From IMG/VR virus record IMGVR_UViG_3300034150_000083, positions 9,132 through 73,131 of that record: a stretch of 64,000 nt of DNA; one strand, 5' to 3'. This DNA comes from a virus (lineage: Duplodnaviria; Caudoviricetes). The position numbers and the translations under genes were made by a program. The notes below the pieces were generated by a model. The model saw only the letters and a program-made list of their open reading frames with translations, was not told the DNA's origin and searched no databases. Shown in pieces: positions 57,489 through 64,000 of this stretch; the first letter of the stretch is position 1; every line of letters starts with the position of its first letter.

Positions 57489-58574
57489 TCAGCGGTCCTG
57501 ATCGAACGCGAGGATCCGCTCTCCGAGCCACTGCCCGATCTGCGGGACCACCGCATTCCCCAGCCGTCCAAGACGCCGGACACGGTCCTTCATAGCTCGC
57601 TCCAGCCAATCGGGAACCCCATCAGCCACTCCACGAAACGGGGGCTGAGACGGCGCGAGATCGGGGCGTTCGGCAAGGATTGCTCCCCATCTGGGGTCGC
57701 CGGGGCCGGGAGCGAATGGGCCACAAAGTTCTGTAACTGTTCCCCCTTGGTGCCGCCCCCCCGTTCGGAGTATGGAAGCTTGTTCGGCGTCCGGTGATCC
57801 CGCGCCGCAGGACTCGGAAAATACCTCGCCTGCTGATCGAGACCCATCTCGTCCTTCCGTTCCCCGCCCCGGCAGCGGAAACTGTCCGTGCCCGGCGTCT
57901 GCCAGTGAATCGCCTCCACCGTCAGGTCCTGGTACGTGTTCGCCTGCCGGGACGGCCCGCCGGCGTTGTTCGCGTTGTCCTCGGTCGGGGTCGGCCACCT
58001 TCCCCACTGGCTGATCGCGTCCGAGAGCGTCGTCCCGGTATGCGAAACTCCCGTCGTCGTCGTCCGGCGCGCCGCCGAAGCTCCGTCCGTCGTCACCGCG
58101 GTAGGCCACAAGGAACACTCGTTTACGCAGATGGGCGGCTCCAAAATCAGCAGCTCGGAGACAGAGCCAGACTCCCACATACCCGCATCCGGCCAGATAT
58201 CCGACCACTCTTGGCATTGCTCCTGGAACAAGCAGCCCTGAGACGTTCTCAATAAGCACGTATCGGGGTCGAAGCTCCCCAACAAGACGGGCATACTCAG
58301 CCCAAAGGCCCGAGCGAGTTCCCTCGATCCCGGCCCGCTTGCCCGCTTGGGAGAGGTCCTGGCAGGGGAATCCCCCGGCAATAAGGTCGACTGGCTCGAG
58401 CAGCCGTCCATCGGTCTCTCTGACATCTTCGTAGCGTCTCACTTCCGGCCAGTGCCGGGCGAGAACGCGCCGGCAATGCTTATCCTTCTCGATCTGCCAG
58501 CGGCACTGGAACCCGGCGCGGTCCAGACCGAGGTCCAGACCGCCGATTCCACTGAACACGCTGCCGTAGGTCAC
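57489..58574 (-). CDS. C5-cytosine methyltransferase alpha subunit (motifs I-VIII and X)
   Basis: FSGIGG, GGFPCQDLS, ENV, HLRKRVF, LGNAVVP; GTG 58574 overlaps the upstream TGA; motif IX is missing from this frame. Confidence 0.9.
   Translation of the reverse strand: MTYGSVFSGIGGLDLGLDRAGFQCRWQIEKDKHCRRVLARHWPEVRRYEDVRETDGRLLEPVDLIAGGFPCQDLSQAGKRAGIEGTRSGLWAEYARLVGELRPRYVLIENVSGLLVPGAMPRVVGYLAGCGYVGVWLCLRAADFGAAHLRKRVFLVAYRGDDGRSFGGAPDDDDGSFAYRDDALGRDQPVGKVADPDRGQREQRRRAVPAGEHVPGPDGGGDSLADAGHGQFPLPGRGTEGRDGSRSAGEVFSESCGAGSPDAEQASILRTGGRHQGGTVTELCGPFAPGPGDPRWGAILAERPDLAPSQPPFRGVADGVPDWLERAMKDRVRRLGRLGNAVVPQIGQWLGERILAFDQDR
57590..58426 (-). CDS. C5-methyltransferase beta subunit nested in an alternative frame (EcoHK31I-type)
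   Basis: Ends in motif IX RRLSPRFVEWLMGFPIGW; repeated W(P/Q)T(P/A) units. Confidence 0.85.
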   Translation of the reverse strand: MSERPMDGCSSQSTLLPGDSPARTSPKRASGPGSRELARAFGLSMPVLLGSFDPDTCLLRTSQGCLFQEQCQEWSDIWPDAGMWESGSVSELLILEPPICVNECSLWPTAVTTDGASAARRTTTTGVSHTGTTLSDAISQWGRWPTPTEDNANNAGGPSRQANTYQDLTVEAIHWQTPGTDSFRCRGGERKDEMGLDQQARYFPSPAARDHRTPNKLPYSERGGGTKGEQLQNFVAHSLPAPATPDGEQSLPNAPISRRLSPRFVEWLMGFPIGWSEL

Positions 58575-59113
58575 TCCGCCGCCTTTTTCGGCCGCGCCGG
58601 ACGGTTCGGGCAGTCCCGCCAGTGCGGGCGGAGGGTCGACCCGTAGATCGTCGCGCCGCAGCCCCACCAGCATGGCACCGAGATCCCCATGCCTGGACCC
58701 GTGTTCGTAGGATCCCCCGGTTTGCGCCCCGGCTTCTGGCGCACCTTCTTGACGGCTTTCGGTCTGCGCCTCGGTTTAGCCGTCTTTTTTCCAGCCGTAT
58801 CAGGCACCGGGATCGTAACCCATTCAGAAAGGCGCGTCTGCGCCTCGTATTCGTCCTCGGTTTCCCATCCGCCGTCGTATTGCCGCCCATCGGGGCCCTC
58901 GATGGTCATCTGGAACCGCGCCTGGTCCGGATAAGTCCGCATGCGCGGGTCCTCGTGCTGGATCCAGAGGATCATCACTTTCTCGCCGAGCGGGTCCAGC
59001 TCCCGCATCATCGACGGCATGGCATGGCTATCGTGGGTGTTGTCCATCCAGCCCACCGCGCCCTCGATCCACGAGGGAATCGCCACGCTCGGCCAATGTT
59101 GAAACTGCGTCAT
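58571..59113 (-). CDS. Hypothetical early protein (IP.W..G..D family paralog)
   Basis: ATG 59113 coupled to the upstream stop; basic C-terminus. Confidence 0.6.
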   Translation of the reverse strand: MTQFQHWPSVAIPSWIEGAVGWMDNTHDSHAMPSMMRELDPLGEKVMILWIQHEDPRMRTYPDQARFQMTIEGPDGRQYDGGWETEDEYEAQTRLSEWVTIPVPDTAGKKTAKPRRRPKAVKKVRQKPGRKPGDPTNTGPGMGISVPCWWGCGATIYGSTLRPHWRDCPNRPARPKKAAE

Positions 59114-59364
59114 ACTTCCCCCTTGTTCACAAAGCGTTCGAACGGTCCAGAACTGCACGCCCACCATGCCGGCCCGTCCGCTTCGTGGGTGATGATGACG
59201 AGTCCCTTGCCTTCCCATTCGAGCCGCGCCAGCGAAATGCTGGCGGGCATCACGTAGGCCCGCGCGATTTCGCGGGCCTTCCAGAGAGCCTCGGTGTCGC
59301 TCCCGGCTTCGACGGTCCAGTCAGCCGTCATCGACGGCGCATTCACGATCAGGTGATAGGTCAT
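59110..59364 (-). CDS. Hypothetical protein
   Basis: Coupled ORF. Confidence 0.55.
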   Translation of the reverse strand: MTYHLIVNAPSMTADWTVEAGSDTEALWKAREIARAYVMPASISLARLEWEGKGLVIITHEADGPAWWACSSGPFERFVNKGEV

Positions 59365-59392
59365 TTCAGGCGCTCCAGGTCTTTCTCCACCA

Positions 59393-59884
59393 TTACTTCA
59401 CCTCGTACTTTCTTGCTTTCCTTCGTTTCTCGTTGTTCCGGATCAGCGCTTGCGCGGCATTGCAGAGCTGGCATTCGAGCTGGCCGCGCAGGCGGCTGTT
59501 GATGAGCCTGACCCGCAGGTACTTGCCGGGGCCAAGGTCGGCCACTACGCGACCTGGATCGTGATGTAGCTGGTGCTCGATGGCTCCGCACATTTGGCAA
59601 CGCCGGATCTCGTCCGGCCTCTTGATCCGGAGCCGTCCGTTGCGCCGCTCCACTTCGTAGCAGCGGTCGCAGACTTCCCGCCCGGTAGCCGTCTCATGCC
59701 AACCCGTGCCGTGGCACAAAGCGCAATCGAGTTTCGGCAGGGGAGTCATTGTGGGGGGGATGTACTCCGCACGCTCCCGTGTGAGGTTCTCCCTGACCCA
59801 GTGGGCATAGCTCAGGAGGGTCTTGTCGGTCGCCACATGGTACTTCCAGTCGTAGATCGTAAAGCCGGGGTGCTCTTTGAACAT
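59393..59884 (-). CDS. Hypothetical protein with several CxxC Zn motifs
   Basis: CALCHG..CDRC, CQMC, CQLC; SD GGAGGT. Confidence 0.65.
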   Translation of the reverse strand: MFKEHPGFTIYDWKYHVATDKTLLSYAHWVRENLTRERAEYIPPTMTPLPKLDCALCHGTGWHETATGREVCDRCYEVERRNGRLRIKRPDEIRRCQMCGAIEHQLHHDPGRVVADLGPGKYLRVRLINSRLRGQLECQLCNAAQALIRNNEKRRKARKYEVK

Positions 59885-59887
59885 GGG

Positions 59888-60703
59888 CTACCTCCCGTGA
59901 TCGAAGTCATCGACCGTGCCCACAAAGCCGCACCCGTGGCACTTGGCCACCGAATCGCCGGACCATTCGGTGTCGCGGCACTCGGCCTCAGCGGCGTCCG
60001 TCTCCCATTCGCCCGCGCTATCCTGCACCATCCGCACGTCGACCAGAGCCGTGATGTCGATATGGTGCGGGTCTTTGCACTTGGGGCACCAGAAGTCCTC
60101 GTCCGGCACTTCAGCCGTCTCCACCGCAGCCGTCTCAGGTTCAGCCGTCCGTTCCGCGGCGGCCTCGCATAAGGCGCAGTCCGGTCTGCCCCACTCGTCC
60201 CCGCATTTCCCCTCGCCATGCATCCGGGCCGCATCCGCGCCCGGCGCCGTGTTGGGAACGTTGACGACGCGCTTTTGGGCGGGTGCGGTTGTTTCGGCGC
60301 ACTGGACGCAGACCGAGTTGCCGTGCTCGTCGACGTGATCGAGTTCGACGCCCGAGCTCATGCAGATGTCGCACAGTTCCATGGCCCGGTACATTTCGCC
60401 GAAAGAAATTTGCGGCCGCCGGCCCGCGCCTGGCGCGACCTGGTGGCGCGTCGATTTGTCGAGCTGCTGAAGTTTGCCCGTGTCCGGAGCTTCATCGAGC
60501 GTGATGCAGGCTGTTTCCCACCACAGTTCCTCATCACTCCGTTCCGGCTCTCCGTACCGCTCGAGTTCGTCCTTGCGCGACACGATAGCCTCTGCCGCCA
60601 GTTCCGCCGTCCGGTACGCGCCCATGACGCATACCGGGAAATCGGTATCAGGTTCGTGCTCGGTGAGCACCCATATGTTCATTGCCATTGCCTTTCCTTT
60701 CAC
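59888..60703 (-). CDS. Multi-module early protein with Zn motifs (start probably MAMNIW)
   Basis: CDIC..CVQC, CPKC..CHGC. Confidence 0.65.
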   Translation of the reverse strand: MKGKAMAMNIWVLTEHEPDTDFPVCVMGAYRTAELAAEAIVSRKDELERYGEPERSDEELWWETACITLDEAPDTGKLQQLDKSTRHQVAPGAGRRPQISFGEMYRAMELCDICMSSGVELDHVDEHGNSVCVQCAETTAPAQKRVVNVPNTAPGADAARMHGEGKCGDEWGRPDCALCEAAAERTAEPETAAVETAEVPDEDFWCPKCKDPHHIDITALVDVRMVQDSAGEWETDAAEAECRDTEWSGDSVAKCHGCGFVGTVDDFDHGR

Positions 60704-60711
60704 CTCAACTC

Positions 60712-60766
60712 GGGAAGAATCCCACCGGAGCGGGCCGACGAGGGCCCGCCCTATGGGGTGCTTTCC
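60712..60766. repeat. Structured intergenic repeat, copy 1
   Basis: GGGAAGAATCCCACCGGAGCGGGCC-GACGAG-GGCCCGCCCTATGGGGTGCTTTCC. Confidence 0.8.
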
Positions 60767-60768
60767 GC

Positions 60769-61533
60769 TTAGACCTGCACCGTGCGGAAGAACCGGGCCT
60801 TAGCCCCCTTGGCCGCCGCATCGGCCTCGCACTCTTCGCGGGTCAGCCGGGGGGAATCCTTCGTCAGGCTGTAGCAGGTCTGCCAGTCACTGTCGCCGAC
60901 CTTCTTGAACGCGCCGCGCTCGTGATACTCGATCAGCGTGTTCCCGATCCGCAGGACTTCGTCGCCCGCCGCGCATTCGGGGCACAGCACGTTGTCGTGC
61001 TCATCGGTGCCCCAATCCTCGGCATCCGCCGGATTGATCTCCATGCGTTCGCAGGCGGAGCAGTTCTTGATCCCGGCTTCCTCATCGGTCACCCAGATCC
61101 ATGCGGCGACATAGGAACCTTCGTCGTCCGAGAACGAGACAATCGCGTGATCGTCCACTTCCAGTTCGCCGTCCCGCGCGTGCTGCCGGGCAGCCTCCCG
61201 GTAAGCGTTGGCGAGGTCGCTGGTCTGTTCCACGTCCTGCGCCTTGTCAATCGCCGCAATCAGCCCCTCAGCCGCCTCTTTGGGCGTCATGACCGTGCCC
61301 GGTGCCAGCGGTCCCGGCCACTTGTGCTCGGCATGGCTCGGCACCGGAGTGAATTTGTCCTGCCAGTCCCGCATGAAGTCTTCCAGGTTGTCGTAGTCGC
61401 TGTTGTCGTCTTCGTCGCCGACCTGGATCATGGGACCGCAGTCGGAATCGAGTTCCCGCAGGTAGACTTCGACATCGACGGCGTTCCCGTACAGTTCCGT
61501 TCTGACCGTCCCGATTTTCAGTTGGATGTCCAT
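60769..61533 (-). CDS. Acidic multi-module early protein
   Basis: SD GAGGTG; CSAC..CPEC. Confidence 0.65.
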   Translation of the reverse strand: MDIQLKIGTVRTELYGNAVDVEVYLRELDSDCGPMIQVGDEDDNSDYDNLEDFMRDWQDKFTPVPSHAEHKWPGPLAPGTVMTPKEAAEGLIAAIDKAQDVEQTSDLANAYREAARQHARDGELEVDDHAIVSFSDDEGSYVAAWIWVTDEEAGIKNCSACERMEINPADAEDWGTDEHDNVLCPECAAGDEVLRIGNTLIEYHERGAFKKVGDSDWQTCYSLTKDSPRLTREECEADAAAKGAKARFFRTVQV

Positions 61534-61740
61534 TTACTTCTTCACCTCGATCCCGTGTTGATCCATGCCCGGTTTCCAGTCTTCCGCTGGCCGGACATCC
61601 CACATCACCTCGCCGCTCTTCGTCATCACTTGCACCACTTTGAACTTCCGGCCCCCGTTCAAAGCGGAAGTTTCCTCCAACTTGGCCGAGGCTTCCGCCT
61701 CGGTCGGCCACCAGAGTCCGCGCATCTTCTTCTTCGCCAT
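61534..61740 (-). CDS. Hypothetical protein
   Basis: Abuts the downstream gene. Confidence 0.55.
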   Translation of the reverse strand: MAKKKMRGLWWPTEAEASAKLEETSALNGGRKFKVVQVMTKSGEVMWDVRPAEDWKPGMDQHGIEVKK

Positions 61741-61749
61741 TATTCGTCT

Positions 61750-61992
61750 TCAACTTTCTCTTTGAGGTTGTACATTTTCATCAGGTCTTCCAGTTCCGCG
61801 CCTTCGATGATGTCGTCGCCTTCGACCTCGATCAAGCGACTCCGGAAACAGGGCGCGCATCGACTTCTCGAAATCACGGAGCGCATCCCAGAAGTCCTGT
61901 TGAGCCGTCTGTGCGGCGACCAGCCGCTGGCGCGCCTCGATCCACAGAGCGAGGGTGCCCGTCTTCTGCTTCTGCCGTCCTTTTGCCGTCAT
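61750..61992 (-). CDS. Hypothetical protein
   Basis: TAATG coupling; SD GGAGG. Confidence 0.5.
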   Translation of the reverse strand: MTAKGRQKQKTGTLALWIEARQRLVAAQTAQQDFWDALRDFEKSMRALFPESLDRGRRRRHHRRRGTGRPDENVQPQRES

Positions 61993-62240
61993 TACTCCAC
62001 CTCCTCCCGCTCCGCAGCCGTCCGTGCGATTTGGCGCATCCAGTCCTCAGGGAACGGACGGGCCTCATAGGAAAACTGCGCACCGTAAGGAGTCGGCTTC
62101 GACGTTGAAATCAGCCGTGCCGCTTCGGTTTCGGCATCCTCCCGCGTCTCGAAGAGCTTGATCTCCCCGTGGGACTTGAGCCATGCCGCCCGTGACCCGG
62201 TGATCCCGCCCCAGACCTTCGCCCAAACTCCGTACTTCAT
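61992..62240 (-). CDS. Hypothetical protein
   Basis: ATG 62240 after GAGGAGGTGG. Confidence 0.65.
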   Translation of the reverse strand: MKYGVWAKVWGGITGSRAAWLKSHGEIKLFETREDAETEAARLISTSKPTPYGAQFSYEARPFPEDWMRQIARTAAEREEVE

Positions 62241-62295
62241 GCTCCACCTCCTCTTGGAAATATCGTCAATGCCATTGCCGTCTTTACACCTTTCA

Positions 62296-62351
62296 GGGAA
62301 GAATCCCACCGGAGGGGCCCCCGTGGAGGCCCGTCCTATGGGGAGCTTTCC
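62296..62351. repeat. Structured intergenic repeat, copy 2
   Basis: GGGAAGAATCCCACCGGAGGGGCC-CCCGTGGA-GGCCCGTCCTATGGGGAGCTTTCC. Confidence 0.8.
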
Positions 62352-62584
62352 TACCGTTTCCAGCCCGCGACCTCCAAGCTTTTAAGCTCCGGAATCGCGC
62401 CCATCGTCACCACTTCCACGATTCCCGAGTTGCACCACTCGTTAAAGAGGTCCTCGCGGACCTTCACAATCGCCCATGCCGGAATGCCCGTGATGGGTTC
62501 GGCCACCCGTTCGCCGCTCCTAGCATCGAGTACCAAGAGCGTATAGTGCCGCGCGAACGCCTGCGTCTCGATCCGGACCTGCAT
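62351..62584 (-). CDS. Hypothetical protein
   Basis: TGATG coupling. Confidence 0.55.
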   Translation of the reverse strand: MQVRIETQAFARHYTLLVLDARSGERVAEPITGIPAWAIVKVREDLFNEWCNSGIVEVVTMGAIPELKSLEVAGWKR

Positions 62585-62964
62585 CAGAGTGCCCCCCCTT
62601 GGCCCGGTACTTCGCCCGCGAGGATCTTGTCGGCCCGCTCTTGGTCGCGCATCATAGCGGCTTCCAGTTGCTCGGTGAACCGCGCGGGCGGGTTCTCTAG
62701 GAACCGCAGCACGTCATGAGGGTCATTCGAGATGACCCACGTCGTTTCATCGCACACGTTATCCGTCCAGTGCTCAATCGCCAGCACGTAGCGCGGATTG
62801 TCCATTTCGTCGCCGATCCACAGATTCAGATCGGAAGCGTTCTCGTGGCGCATGCGCGCCCGTTCGTCGTTATGGCAGGAGAAGTCCTCAAAGCCAGCCG
62901 CCTCGGCCCATGAGGGGATCTCCATGCGCGCGGTCTGATTGGGGTAGTCCCAGAAGGTCTTCAT
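62584..62964 (-). CDS. Early protein, GF.D.S.HND family paralog
   Basis: MEIPSWAEAAGFEDFSCHNDERARMR. Confidence 0.65.
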   Translation of the reverse strand: MKTFWDYPNQTARMEIPSWAEAAGFEDFSCHNDERARMRHENASDLNLWIGDEMDNPRYVLAIEHWTDNVCDETTWVISNDPHDVLRFLENPPARFTEQLEAAMMRDQERADKILAGEVPGQGGAL

Positions 62965-63647
62965 TTGGCCACCTTCACTTTGTCGCTGAGTCCGGTTCCG
63001 TTACAGTGGGGGCACGCCTCGAATTTGACGGGCTTCGGGTCCGGCGCAAGCACAAAGCCGTCCTTGATCCACTCGTCCAGCCGCGCCTGCACCGTTTCCC
63101 AGTACTCGCAGTTATTGACGCCTACGCCGCGCTCGTCTTCCGGCCATGCCCACTCTTCGAATGCGCCACCGTAGCCGTTGGCGTCACAGAAATCGTGCAG
63201 GTCCGAGTAGTCTTTGATATCCGCGCGCGTCTGCAGATGACCTTCCGATATCCATTGATCGATATCGGAGCAGATCTCCGCTTGCGCCCGCGCCACCGTG
63301 AAAGCAATGCTCGGCTTTTCGAGGAACCGCAGCACTTCCTCAGAGTCATCGGTTTCAACGAAGGAATCCCCGTGCAGTTCCGGCCACCCGTCCGGCACTT
63401 CGACCGTCAGACCGTAGCGCAACCCGCCGCACTCGCGTTGCTCCGGTTTCGCCTCGGAAACCCACAGGAACACGCCCGCCGAGGTCTTCCACCGCATGCG
63501 TGCCGCCGCATCGTTGTGCCACGATTCGTCAACGAATCCCGCCTTGAGAGTCCACTCGGGAATCTCCATGTTCTGCGGCGGGTGATAGTGCCCGTCGCCT
63601 TCGTCCGGCCATTCCGGATAGTCGTTAAACCTTGCCATACGCCTCAC
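62961..63647 (-). CDS. Early protein, GF.D.SWHND family paralog with C-terminal CxxC
   Basis: MEIPEWTLKAGFVDESWHNDAAARMR. Confidence 0.7.
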   Translation of the reverse strand: MRRMARFNDYPEWPDEGDGHYHPPQNMEIPEWTLKAGFVDESWHNDAAARMRWKTSAGVFLWVSEAKPEQRECGGLRYGLTVEVPDGWPELHGDSFVETDDSEEVLRFLEKPSIAFTVARAQAEICSDIDQWISEGHLQTRADIKDYSDLHDFCDANGYGGAFEEWAWPEDERGVGVNNCEYWETVQARLDEWIKDGFVLAPDPKPVKFEACPHCNGTGLSDKVKVAK

Positions 63648-63822
63648 CTTTCTTGGTCCCGTCAGCCGCCCGTTTCCCGGCCAACCAACCCAGTTCCCAT
63701 GTCGCGCGGTCTACCACCGTCATGCCGCGCGGTGCCGCGAAGGGCTGCCCGGCCACTGCGGCGGAATAGCCCAGCACGGTCAGCCCCGTCAGATAAATGG
63801 TTTCCTCTTTGCGGGTCGCCAT
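63625..63822 (-). CDS. Hypothetical protein
   Basis: TGAATG coupling with the upstream ORF. Confidence 0.5.
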   Translation of the reverse strand: MATRKEETIYLTGLTVLGYSAAVAGQPFAAPRGMTVVDRATWELGWLAGKRAADGTKKGEAYGKV

Positions 63823-64000
63823 TCAGGTCACCTCGATCGAATCAATGTTGGAGTACCAAGTTTGCAGTTCCAACTGTTCCGGCTGGATCGGCGACACTGC
63901 GCCGTCCAAGATCTCGCAAGCTTCCGCCTGCGAGGGTGCTTCGACCCGGAACCATTCGGTGATCAGCCGGGTCCGGCGGATCACATAAATAGGGTCTTCG
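63823..64000 (-). CDS. 3' part of a gene entering from the right edge; in frame with 1-200 if circular
   Basis: Open frame EDPIYVIRRTRLITEWF..IEVT, stop TGA at 63825-63823. Confidence 0.6.
   Translation of the reverse strand, partial: EDPIYVIRRTRLITEWFRVEAPSQAEACEILDGAVSPIQPEQLELQTWYSNIDSIEVT

Noticed and set aside
60682-62070. 462-aa plus-strand ORF
   Set aside because: Antisense to several coupled minus-strand genes with good SD sites.
60712-62351. CRISPR mini-array or self-cleaving ribozyme interpretation of the repeats
   Set aside because: Copies are 1.5 kb apart with genes between them, there are no cas genes, and no hammerhead, twister or HDV core was recognised by eye.
1-64000. tRNA or rRNA genes
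   Set aside because: No cloverleaf with GGTTCRA T-loop and acceptor stem seen in the intergenic gaps.

Overview
The window looks like an essentially complete ~64 kb, GC-rich, podovirus-type temperate phage genome. One minus-strand ORF reads in frame across the 64000/1 junction, which suggests a circularly permuted assembly. The long rightward unit (532-52618) carries terminase, portal, scaffold, major capsid, adaptor and nozzle genes, a beta-helix tailspike, three low-complexity ejection-type proteins, a 4172-aa DarB-like polyvalent protein (N6-methyltransferase plus SF2 helicase) and a collagen tail fibre. It continues with recombination genes, a queD plus minimal TGT/DpdA-fold gene pair and a lambda-O-like initiator with an internal origin. 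The leftward units carry a Mom-like GNAT gene, a short tyrosine recombinase, an EcoHK31I-type split C5 methyltransferase and many small early genes. The most notable observations are: (1) an apparently real 88-aa gene with its own Shine-Dalgarno, overprinted in the +1 frame inside the giant DarB-like gene; (2) a minimal QueD plus TGT-fold pair without folE/queE/queC, alongside three other DNA-modification enzymes; (3) a twice-repeated structured intergenic element; (4) a pseudoknot-capable leader that would occlude the RBS of the replication initiator; (5) a palindromic TTGCGCAAA motif forming the -35 of several promoters; (6) a HiPIP-like Cys4 protein in the head module. All calls come from reading motifs by eye; no database searches were run.
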